In this document: positions 1-7,698 of the stretch, in pieces | Position numbering within the stretch: the stretch's first letter is position 1 | Layout of the letters: the number at the start of each line of letters is the position of its first letter | NCBI GenBank assembly: GCA_041746575.1 | Contig: JBGTGT010000089.1 | Coordinates: forward strand, 1 to 13,087 | DNA: 13,087 nucleotides | Source: Microcystaceae cyanobacterium | Lineage (GTDB): Bacteria > Cyanobacteriota > Cyanobacteriia > Cyanobacteriales > Microcystaceae | Reading direction: 5' to 3' | The notes under the pieces: generated by a model | The model's input: the letters and a program-made list of their open reading frames with translations, nothing else | What the model was told of the DNA's origin: nothing | Databases searched by the model: none | Translations under genes and position numbers: made by a program

Positions 1-141
1 CATTAATTGGGCAAAACTATACCCTTGAAAACTTAAAAGAATACAATGCGCTCTTTGTCTGACTTTATGATGTTTACTTTGTTTGTAGATCCTCTTTAAT
101 ATATTTATCGTTTCTGGGCTTAGATCTGAAATAAATTTCAT
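1..141 (-). CDS. IS630-family transposase, N-terminal HTH region (partial; not in ORF track)
   Basis: Hand translation MKFISDLSPETINILKRIYKQSKHHKVRQRAHCILLSFQGYSFAQLM, open to the window edge. The 'RQRAHCILLS..G' motif is typical of IS630 HTH N-termini. Confidence 0.8.
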   Translation of the reverse strand, partial: MKFISDLSPETINILKRIYKQSKHHKVRQRAHCILLSFQGYSFAQLM

Positions 142-222
142 TGCTGCTTTAGCTCTTGGGTTAGCTTTTAGCTTAACTCTTTTCTGAGTTTAAGTATGTA
201 ACTTATTTTGCATTACTACTTA
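1..222 (-). mobile_element. Left end of an IS630-family insertion sequence (continues beyond window start)
   Basis: Transposase N-terminus at 141->1 on the minus strand. The minus strand from 222 reads TA-AGTAGTAATGCAAAATAAG, i.e. a TA target dinucleotide (221-222) followed by a terminus resembling cyanobacterial IS630 TIRs as I recall them. The partner TIR is outside the window. Confidence 0.7.
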
Positions 223-260
223 TCAATCATGAATAATAACTTAACTTTAAATTCCAAAAA

Positions 261-426
261 ATGCAATCAACATCCTTATCTATCGAAAATTCTTGAACAA
301 TTTAAACAAGAAATTCAATCCATTTATCAAGATAACTTAATGTATCTAATTTTATTCGGTTCTTAAGCAAGAGGAGACGCAAAATCTGATTTAGATATTG
401 ATATTTTAGTTGTTTTAAAAGAGTAA
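261..426 (+). pseudogene. Minimal nucleotidyltransferase (MNT/MntA-type antitoxin) pseudogene
   Basis: The frame from 271 reads HPYLSKILEQFKQEIQSIYQDNLMYLILFGS*ARGDAKSDLDIDILVVLKE*. This is the pol-beta NTase motif LFGSxARG...DxDI with an in-frame TAA at 364-366. The ATG at 261 is out of frame by 1 and the C-terminus is truncated. Confidence 0.85.
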
Positions 427-430
427 ATTG

Positions 431-1495
431 TTAAAGAATTTCAGCCAAAGCATTTAATAGCCGTTGATTCTCTTCTTCTGTCCTTACCGCTATGCGAAAA
501 AAGCGATCGCCCAATTCAGGAAAACTGAGACAATCCCGAATCAAAATTTGATAATTTTTTAATAATTTCTCTTGTAAGACGACACTGGACTCCTCAGTTT
601 TCACCAAAAGAAAGTTAGCTGAACCTTGATAGGGAATTAGGGAGGGCAACGCTTTTAAGCCGGTAAGTAACCGTTCTCTTGTCGGTATTAACCAATCCCA
701 TGTTTTTTGTTGAAATGCCCTATCTTGAATCACAATTTCTCCCACTTTAGCCGCTAAGCTATTGACGGGCCAAGGATCTCGGAGATTTTGCCATTTTAGG
801 AGACGTTCAGGGTTAGAAATCGCATAGCCTAAACGAAGGCCAGGGATACGGTAAAATTTCGTCAGCGATCGCAAAATAACCAGATTGGGATAATCTTGAA
901 CGACCGGAATTAAACTTTGTTGTTGGTGAGGCGGTAGAAAATCCATAAAGGCTTCATCTACCACCACCAAAGCATACGTTTTGAGAAATGCCGAGAGTTG
1001 CTTCTGCGTAAATAATTTTCCCGTTGGGTTATGGGGATTATTTAAGAGAATTCCAGCATTATTTAGGGATTTTTCGAGATTTTCAACAGCACAGCTTAAA
1101 GTATCTGGGGTATAATAAAGATGACAAGGCTGAACCTGCGCCCGAAACGTGCGTAAAGCGCGGTGATAGTCCCCAAAAGCAGGCGTAACCACATACGTGA
1201 TTGGATATTGGGCGAATTCCCAAGCCATCCAAGTCAACAATTCGGCCGCCCCATTACCGGGGAGTATCCAATGGGCAGGCAGGTGATGCCACTGTCCTAA
1301 AGCGTCTTTGAGTTGCCCGTAAGCGGGGTCAGGATAGGTGGTTAGAGAATCCAGCCCCGTCTTGATGGCGGTGTGAACCCCCTCAGGTGGCCCTAAAGGG
1401 TTGAGACTTGCTGAAAAGTCCACAAGGGAATTGAGCGGGCAATTGGCAAGCTTTGCCGCCCAGTCTAAATTTCCGCCATGGTGGGGTCTTTTCAT
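431..1495 (-). CDS. cobD: Threonine-phosphate decarboxylase (PLP-dependent, cobalamin synthesis)
   Basis: HGGN N-terminus, DFSASLNPLGPP, GNGAAELL, NNPHNPTG, VDEAFMDF, PLP-lysine motif SLTKFY.IPGLRLGY, and IRDC..F..L...FFRIAVR C-terminus. Confidence 0.9.
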   Translation of the reverse strand: MKRPHHGGNLDWAAKLANCPLNSLVDFSASLNPLGPPEGVHTAIKTGLDSLTTYPDPAYGQLKDALGQWHHLPAHWILPGNGAAELLTWMAWEFAQYPITYVVTPAFGDYHRALRTFRAQVQPCHLYYTPDTLSCAVENLEKSLNNAGILLNNPHNPTGKLFTQKQLSAFLKTYALVVVDEAFMDFLPPHQQQSLIPVVQDYPNLVILRSLTKFYRIPGLRLGYAISNPERLLKWQNLRDPWPVNSLAAKVGEIVIQDRAFQQKTWDWLIPTRERLLTGLKALPSLIPYQGSANFLLVKTEESSVVLQEKLLKNYQILIRDCLSFPELGDRFFRIAVRTEEENQRLLNALAEIL

Positions 1496-1513
1496 GCTAT
1501 GACCGAGGAAAAC

Positions 1514-1807
1514 CTATTCGTCTGCCTCTGCTGAAGGGGCAACTTTTTCTTTAAACAATTTACCCGCCGAGAAGGCTGGCACCCTCGTTGCGGGAATAAT
1601 CATTTTTTCGTTGGTTTTCGGGTTTCGTCCCTCTCTGGCTTTGCGATCGCGGGCTTCAAACGATCCAAATCCGACAAGAGTCACTTTTTCCCCTTCGGAC
1701 ACCGCTTCCATAATGGCTTCTACGGTCGCTGTGATGACAGCATCGGCTTGTTTCTTAGTGACGGCGGCTTTAGCAGCCACAACATCCACCAATTCTCCTT
1801 TATTCAT
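1514..1807 (-). CDS. hup: Histone-like DNA-binding protein HU
   Basis: MNKGELV...VTLVGFGSFE.R.RKAREGRNPKT.....IPAT.VPAFSAGKLFKE signature; AGGAG RBS upstream (1817-1821, minus strand). Confidence 0.97.
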   Translation of the reverse strand: MNKGELVDVVAAKAAVTKKQADAVITATVEAIMEAVSEGEKVTLVGFGSFEARDRKAREGRNPKTNEKMIIPATRVPAFSAGKLFKEKVAPSAEADE

Positions 1808-1930
1808 CCGTAAAATCTCCTTATTTTTTGATAAATTTTAGGTTCTTGGATGGATTTCTCGGCAAGGAAGTTTCCCGCGAGTTAAAGGTTATCTTGAATC
1901 ATCCTTCAGACACTTCAGTCAGAATACTCT

Positions 1931-2076
1931 CTGAAATGCCTATCAGGTCAAGATTTTTACTGCCCTATTCTAAGCTTTAATTGTCCTTTCTGGATCGCTG
2001 AAACCTTTAAATTATGTAGCTTTTGTAAACCGATGGCAAGCTTTAGGTCAAAAATTCGGTTTCGTAAGGGTTTCAG
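1931..2076. promoter_or_regulatory. Three copies of a 27-bp motif CTGAAA-N4-TA-N8-AR-N-TTTT upstream of hup
   Basis: 1931-1957(+) CTGAAATGCCTATCAGGTCAAGATTTT; 1998-2024(+) CTGAAACCTTTAAATTATGTAGCTTTT; 2076-2050(-) CTGAAACCCTTACGAAACCGAATTTTT. They align without gaps and are identical at 13 of 27 positions. The regulatory role is inferred. Confidence 0.55.
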
Positions 2077-2290
2077 GGGGTAAAATTCGGATAAAATACG
2101 TTTTGTCTCTTACTGTCACGGTTATTCTTTAAATTACTGATATTTAAAGATTTTTAAGATATTTGCTCCTTTCTTCCTTGTCGAAAATATCACCCTTAAG
2201 AGGAGATATCCGTCACAGCCTTCACCTTTCTTTACTTTTAAGATGGAGGAAGGATAGAAACAACGAACATTGAACTGGACGGTGAATACA

Positions 2291-2479
2291 ATGGTGATTT
2301 TAAGAACAAATACATTAATCGTTGCCACGTTGGTGGTACTCTCGGCAACGATGTACTCCCATTCTTTTGCCCCTAATCCTTGCGGTGATGGCTATGGCAC
2401 TCATTTGACTCGCCAGCAAGAATGTTATTCAGAAAATTCCTTACAACTCGAACAATTTCAACCCTCTTTTCCTCATTAA
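2291..2479 (+). CDS. Putative small exported/membrane protein (62 aa)
   Basis: ATG at 2291 preceded by GGTGA. Hydrophobic N-terminus (TLIVATLVVLSATMYSHSFA) followed by a polar segment with two Cys. The stop overlaps the convergent pfkB-like stop. Confidence 0.45.
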   Translation: MVILRTNTLIVATLVVLSATMYSHSFAPNPCGDGYGTHLTRQQECYSENSLQLEQFQPSFPH

Positions 2480-3333
2480 TTATCTGTCTTTAACCATTCT
2501 TTGGTTCCTAAAAATTTACAAGATAAACTGGCAATTTCAGACGACTTTTGTAATGCTTTTAAAAAATTATTTTTGAAAATAAAATGACAAAATGCGCCAT
2601 GAAAAATATCTCCTGCTCCTAATGTATCTACTACAGTACATGGACTTATCTCTATTTTTCCTCTCTGCTTATTTTGACTATAATGAATGGGTTCGTTCCC
2701 CTTGGTGATCGCAATATTTTCGATATCTAAACTTTCTAAAAAGCTTAAAGTATCTAACCAAGAATCACTATTCGGTAGATAAAAATTAGCAGAACAAATC
2801 ACATAATCTGCGAGGGGTAAAATCTTGTCAAATCCTCTTTTCCAGCTCCCTCCATCGATCACAATTGGGATTTTTTTGTCCTTCGCTTGTTGCGCTAAAA
2901 AGTGACTAATTGCCATTTGATGGCCATCAATTAACAAAATATCGACTCCTTCTAAAAGATGATCCTCAAGTTGAGAGAAAGTCCCTTGTTTTTTCGTAGC
3001 ATTGATAGAAATAACTGCTCGCTCACCGGTTTTTTGGGCAACAATAACCGAAGAAACAGGAGGAGATAGGGAAAAATGGAGATCTAAGTCAATAATATTA
3101 ACTGAGTATTTTTGTAAATCCGCTTTAATGAACTGACTAATCGGATGTTGTCCTAAAACGCCCATCCAAGTAGCCGTATGATTAAAGTGTTGAAAAGCGA
3201 TCGCCGCATTAGCGGCTGGCCCTCCGACGGTGATACATTGATCTAAAGCAACAATTTTTTGATTTGATGCGGGAAAATCGGCAACCAAATAGATAAAATC
3301 AAAGGTAGCTAACCCAACAAATAAACCCTTCAT
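2476..3333 (-). CDS. PfkB/ribokinase-family carbohydrate kinase
   Basis: GGPAANAA N-terminal signature, VIDGGSWK, and the C-terminal PfkB signature VDTLGAGDIFHGAF. Confidence 0.9.
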   Translation of the reverse strand: MKGLFVGLATFDFIYLVADFPASNQKIVALDQCITVGGPAANAAIAFQHFNHTATWMGVLGQHPISQFIKADLQKYSVNIIDLDLHFSLSPPVSSVIVAQKTGERAVISINATKKQGTFSQLEDHLLEGVDILLIDGHQMAISHFLAQQAKDKKIPIVIDGGSWKRGFDKILPLADYVICSANFYLPNSDSWLDTLSFLESLDIENIAITKGNEPIHYSQNKQRGKIEISPCTVVDTLGAGDIFHGAFCHFIFKNNFLKALQKSSEIASLSCKFLGTKEWLKTDN

Positions 3334-4180
3334 GACGCATTATCCTCCGATTTTAGGCACATTGTATCTTGTGGGAACACCGATCGGAAATCTTGAGGAT
3401 ATCACTTTTCGCGCGGTGCGGATTTTGCAAACCGTCGATCTGATTGCGGCAGAAGACACGAGGCAAACGAGTAAATTATTGAATCATTTTCAAATTGCCA
3501 CTCCCCAAGTCAGCTATCATCAGCATAGTCGCTTTTCTCGGCGCGATTATCTTATTGATGAACTTAAACAAGGAAAAAACATCGCTTTAGTCACTGATGC
3601 AGGGATGCCTTGTATTTCCGATCCGGGGTACGAATTGGTTAAAGGGTGCATTGAGGTGCAAATTCCAGTCATGCCGATTCCGGGGGTAACGGCGGTGATT
3701 ACGGCTCTATCAGTGTCGGGGTTACCCACAGAACGCTTCATTTTTGAGGGATTTTTACCCACAAAACGCAAAGAAAGAGAAGCCCGATTGACAGTATTAC
3801 AGTCAGAACGACGCACCATGGTTTTTTATGAAGCTCCCCATCGTTTAATAGAGACTTTAACAGATTTAAACAGATTTTTCCCTGAATGTCGAGAAATTGT
3901 CATTACCCGAGAATTAACGAAGATTTATGAAGCGGTATGGCGCGGCAGCTTAAAAGAGGCGATCGCTTTTTATGACAAAAACTCACCTAAAGGAGAATTT
4001 ACGTTAGTATTAGGGGGTAAAACAGGGGAAGATACTTTAATATTGTCTGAAACTGAGATAAAAGCAGAATTGATTCAACTTTTAAACCAAGGCATGAGTC
4101 GCTCTCAAGCCAGTCAGCACTTAGCTTCTTTAACGTCTTTATCTCGTCGGCAAATTTATCAACTGACTCTGGAGTTATGA
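3332..4180 (+). CDS. rsmI: 16S rRNA (cytidine1402-2'-O)-methyltransferase
   Basis: LYLVGTPIGNLEDIT.RA, AAEDTR, VTDAGMP.ISDPG, FEGFLP, FYEAPHR, RELTK.YE and KGEF motifs. Confidence 0.95.
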   Translation: MTHYPPILGTLYLVGTPIGNLEDITFRAVRILQTVDLIAAEDTRQTSKLLNHFQIATPQVSYHQHSRFSRRDYLIDELKQGKNIALVTDAGMPCISDPGYELVKGCIEVQIPVMPIPGVTAVITALSVSGLPTERFIFEGFLPTKRKEREARLTVLQSERRTMVFYEAPHRLIETLTDLNRFFPECREIVITRELTKIYEAVWRGSLKEAIAFYDKNSPKGEFTLVLGGKTGEDTLILSETEIKAELIQLLNQGMSRSQASQHLASLTSLSRRQIYQLTLEL

Positions 4181-4304
4181 TGAGGACGTTGTGGAACATT
4201 GTCTCCAATCCGCGCTAGATCAATCGTTGAAACTAATAGTAGATCAAATGTCTCTTTTTGCCCAAAAAGGTAAACGTCGGCCTATTATTTTATCATCGAA
4301 TTGT

Positions 4305-4341
4305 TTTACTAATTGAAAAAATTAGGTTACAATTTGACCTA
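4305..4341 (+). promoter_or_regulatory. Putative sigma70-type promoter of ftn2 with an overlapping inverted repeat
   Basis: TTTACT (4305-4310), 17-nt spacer, TACAAT (4328-4333). The imperfect palindrome TAGGTTA-CAATT-TGACCTA (4323-4341) covers the -10. Confidence 0.35.
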
Positions 4342-4440
4342 TAAATAAGGGATGCGATCAACGAACGCTAAATCGATTCCTTGAGGGATGTCATATTGTT
4401 CTAATCGGACGGCTCTACTCTAAAGGTAAGGAAGACAGTT

Positions 4441-6654
4441 GTGCGAATTTCCTTAGATTACTATCGGGTGCTAGGGGTTCCCCCCCAAGTAACGGACGAA
4501 CAATTAGTACAAGCTTATGAAGACCGGCGAATTCAGTTTCCTCGCCGAGAGCATAGTGATGAAGCGATTATCGCTCGCCAAGGTTTGCTTGAACAGGCAT
4601 ATAATATTCTCAAAGAGCCGCAAAGTCGTTTAGCTTATGACCAGCAATTGCTCAACAGTGTTTCTTCGGCTAGCAAAACGTTACTTTCTGACTCTCCTTT
4701 AACTGAGACGGATGCGTCGATCGCAAGTTCCGAAAATTCTGAAGCAATCGGGATTGAGGTAACCCCAGAGAATATTGTGGGGATTTTGATTGTCCTGTCT
4801 GAATTAGGGGAATATGAAACAGTTGTTCAGGTTGGAGAGGAGGCGATCGCGTCAAAGCTTCTTGAATCTTCCGATGATATTTATCTCAGTCTGGGCTTAG
4901 CTTATTTAGAATTGAGTCGAGAACGATGGCACCAAAATGCCTATGAACGGGCTACCGAATCAGGACAAAAAGGCTTATATTGGCTCGAAAAGAATCCTAA
5001 ATTCAGTAAAATTCAACGGGAAATAGAACGAGAACTAAACTGGTTACGTCCCTATCGTATTCTTGAGTTATTGGCTCAACCTCTCAGCCGCCAGCAGAGT
5101 CGTCAACGGGGTTTGCAACTCTTACAAGAGATGTTGGACGAACGTCAAGGGATTGAGGGCAAAGGGGAAGATTATTCGGGACTGGATGTGGACGATTTTT
5201 TGCGTTTTATTCAACAATTACGAGTATATTTAACTCTTAACGAGCAATTATCTTTATTTCAGTCCGAAGTGCAGCGTCCTTCCTTGGTGGCCACTTATTT
5301 AGCGGTTTATGCCCTCATCGCGCAGGGGGTTTTTGCCAAAGATCCCCACACCATCGTTCAAGCCAATGATTTATTAGAAATTCTTAATAAACGTCAAGAT
5401 GTTTCTCTCGAAAAAGCGATCTGTGCATTATTATTAGGGCAGACTAAGGTGGCCAATGATGCCCTACAGCAGAGTCAAGATAGGGAAGCGTTGGACTTTA
5501 TTCGCCGACAGTCTCAAGACTCCCCGGATCTGGTGCCTGGACTTTATGCCTACAGCAAACGATGGCTAGAAAAGGAAGTTTTCGCCAATTTTCGGGATTT
5601 GGCTCAGCAAAATGTCTCCTTAACGGAATACTTTGCTGACGAAACTGTTGTTTCCTATTTGGAAGCCTATTTAGAGGATAGCCCTCAAAAAAGCCCAGAA
5701 ACCACCGTTAATGCTGAACAACCTGTAGGAGTGACCATGGCTAATGCTTTACCTGATTCCAGTTATCCGCTATCGTCTCGACGGTCAAATCGCCGCAAAG
5801 GAAGTCCTCGGCAGCGTTATTCTAATGGCATCGCTCAGCCTAAAGCGGCTCAGTTCCCATCAGAAGCAACAGAAGGGTCAAAATCTCAGTCTGTCAGTCC
5901 TAATTGGGCAGAAAACGCCCCGGCCTCAGATCGGGTACTGATTACCGAGTCTTATCGTCAACCGCCGACAGCCCCCTCCTCCCGTCGCTCTAACCCCCCC
6001 CGTCGTCAGGTTGCTAAGGGGAAAACAGAGGTTGCCTCTCAACAGCGCAAAAAAGGAAGACGTAAGTCAAAAATCAAGATTAAGCCATTACTCTTCCTCA
6101 TTGGTGCAGTAGGAGGTGTCGGCTTATTAGTGGGTTTTGGACTCAAGTCTTTATACGCTTCCCGTTCCCCTGTGGCAGAATTAAATAAGAGTGCAGTTTT
6201 GATCCAGATCAGTCAACCTGTTTTAGAGATTCCGCCCGAAAATGCTCGTTTGATTTTGCCGACGGGGTTATTGACCCTTGAAGGGGCGCGAGATGTGGTT
6301 GAAACGTGGTTAAATAGTAAAGTGAGAGCCTTTGGTTCAGAGTATCAGGTGGAAGAACTGGGGCGTATCTTAGCGAATCCCTTGGCTAAAACGTGGGAAA
6401 GTCGAGTAAAACAGCTTAAAAATAGCCAAAGTTATTGGAAATATCGGCATGAGCTTGAGATTGAATCTCTGAACACCAATCCCACTTCACCGGAGCTTGC
6501 AACAGTAGATGCGAAGGTTAAAGAAGTGGCTGATTTATATCAAAATGGCCGTATTAATCAAGGTCGTTCTTATCAGGAAGATTTAACGGTACGCTACACG
6601 TTGGCGCAACAGGAAGGATCATGGAAAATTAAGGGGATTCAAGTGTTACCTTAA
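4441..6654 (+). CDS. ftn2: Cell division protein Ftn2/ZipN (ARC6 homolog; J-like domain, TM helix, C-terminal IMS/DUF4101 domain)
   Basis: GTG start, RISLDYYRVLG J-like N-terminus, LRPYRILELL, FLRFIQQLR.YLT..EQ, LVPGLYAY..RWL..EVF..FRDL, single TM helix (LLFLIGAVGGVGLLVGFGL), and C-terminal V.Y.L....G.WKI. Confidence 0.93.
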   Translation: MRISLDYYRVLGVPPQVTDEQLVQAYEDRRIQFPRREHSDEAIIARQGLLEQAYNILKEPQSRLAYDQQLLNSVSSASKTLLSDSPLTETDASIASSENSEAIGIEVTPENIVGILIVLSELGEYETVVQVGEEAIASKLLESSDDIYLSLGLAYLELSRERWHQNAYERATESGQKGLYWLEKNPKFSKIQREIERELNWLRPYRILELLAQPLSRQQSRQRGLQLLQEMLDERQGIEGKGEDYSGLDVDDFLRFIQQLRVYLTLNEQLSLFQSEVQRPSLVATYLAVYALIAQGVFAKDPHTIVQANDLLEILNKRQDVSLEKAICALLLGQTKVANDALQQSQDREALDFIRRQSQDSPDLVPGLYAYSKRWLEKEVFANFRDLAQQNVSLTEYFADETVVSYLEAYLEDSPQKSPETTVNAEQPVGVTMANALPDSSYPLSSRRSNRRKGSPRQRYSNGIAQPKAAQFPSEATEGSKSQSVSPNWAENAPASDRVLITESYRQPPTAPSSRRSNPPRRQVAKGKTEVASQQRKKGRRKSKIKIKPLLFLIGAVGGVGLLVGFGLKSLYASRSPVAELNKSAVLIQISQPVLEIPPENARLILPTGLLTLEGARDVVETWLNSKVRAFGSEYQVEELGRILANPLAKTWESRVKQLKNSQSYWKYRHELEIESLNTNPTSPELATVDAKVKEVADLYQNGRINQGRSYQEDLTVRYTLAQQEGSWKIKGIQVLP

Positions 6655-6680
6655 GAATAGACAATTTAAGAATGAATAAC

Positions 6681-6711
6681 TAATAATCTTTCCTGAAAAG
6701 AGAGATTATTA
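6681..6711 (+). terminator. AT-rich stem-loop downstream of ftn2 (possible terminator)
   Basis: TAATAATCTTTC-CTGAAAA-GAGAGATTATTA: 12-bp stem with one G-U pair, 26 nt after the stop. No strong U-tract. Confidence 0.35.
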
Positions 6712-6752
6712 ATATTAGGTTGATTTTGCTTCAACTAATTTCAGAAGTAAGC

Positions 6753-6779
6753 TTGTAGTTAGGACTTCAGCCTTTACAA
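6753..6779. repeat. Degenerate GTAG-type REP/short dispersed repeat
   Basis: TTGTAGTTAGGACTTCAGCCTTTACAA: GTAG followed by the near-palindrome AGGACT-TC-AG(T)CCT. It resembles cyanobacterial intergenic repeats as I recall them; only one copy is in the window. Confidence 0.35.
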
Positions 6780-6880
6780 TTGCGCCTTAAAAGACTTATC
6801 ATATTATAAATATCAAGCAGTGTTTCACTTTTTTTGAAAAATAGTATTATATCACAACGAAAGCATTATCTGGGCAAGAA

Positions 6881-7301
6881 ATGTACGAAACTGAATATGA
6901 TCAGTGGTTAGAGAAAACGGTGCAACTGTTAAAAAATCGTCAATTAAACCCGTTAGATTACGATCATTTAATGGAGGAGTTAGAAGGGTTAGGACGGTCA
7001 GAAAAAAGTGTAGTCAAAAGTTTACTATTGCAAATTATTATCCATCTTTTGTTATATCATTTTCAAACATCAGAAAGAAACAGAAATAGTAATCATTGGG
7101 CAGGAGAAATTATTATTTTTCGAGTTCAATTAGAAGATAAATTAACGACAGATCTGAAAAATATTTAGCAGATCATTTAGATTCTATTTATAATAATGCT
7201 CGATTAATTGTGCAAAAAAAACTCAATTAAATGATTTACTTATAAAATGCCCTTATGCTTTAACTGAATTATTACAGAAAGAATGGTTTCTTCTCATTTA
7301 A
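6881..7301 (+). pseudogene. DUF29-family gene with two frameshifts
   Basis: YETEYDQWLEKTVQLLK...LDYDHLMEELEGLGRSEK...HLL...HWAGEI..FR DUF29 motifs. The C-terminus continues in shifted frames after an A5 run (~7157-7161; YLADHLDSIYNNARLIVQKK) and an A8 run (~7214-7221; TQLNDLLIKCPYALTELLQKEWF), ending at TAA 7299-7301. Confidence 0.85.
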
Positions 7302-7403
7302 GTGGATTGATTTGCTTGTTTTCGATAAGAGAGTAACTAAGTTTTTCCTAACTTCCTGAACTTCGGGGGTTTTTATAAAATTGGGCTGATAAACGATATA
7401 GCT

Positions 7404-7616
7404 ATGACTAAATGTCTACCGATTTATATTATATCAGAATTTGATTTTAATCTTGCTTTGATGATTGGGATTAATCGCTATCAAAATGGCATTTCTCCAT
7501 TGGAAACTACTAGCGAAGAGGCAGAAGCGATCGCTGATATTTTAGCGCAAGATTATCCCTCGATTATTGATGATCAAGCCATAAAACAAACCTCAGAACA
7601 GTTTTTAAAGCGGTAG
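7404..7616 (+). pseudogene. Remnant of a caspase-like (peptidase C14, orthocaspase) N-terminus
   Basis: NLALMIGINRYQNGISPLET...EAEAIADIL...D.QA matches the first strand/helix of the caspase domain. No His/Cys catalytic region follows. Confidence 0.7.
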
Positions 7617-7698
7617 TGTATTATATTGGTGGATTACGGTAGATTTTTATTGAATGATTCATTTTATAATGAGTCCTTATCTAACCCACTCTATGAGC

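Noticed and set aside
1611..1841. 76-aa plus-strand ORF
   Set aside because: Antisense shadow of hup; no recognisable motifs.
1931..2076. CRISPR array or leader
   Set aside because: The motifs are leader-like, but there is no repeat-spacer array or cas gene in the window.
2134..2328. 64-aa minus-strand ORF
   Set aside because: No motif or RBS, and it overlaps the more plausible plus-strand small ORF.
3547..4208. Two minus-strand ORFs (90 aa and 69 aa)
   Set aside because: Antisense to the well-supported rsmI.
4670..5941. Short ORFs 4670-4855(-) and 5744-5941(+)
   Set aside because: Nested within ftn2 in alternative frames; no independent support.
6904..7089. 61-aa ORF
   Set aside because: Alternative frame inside the DUF29 pseudogene.
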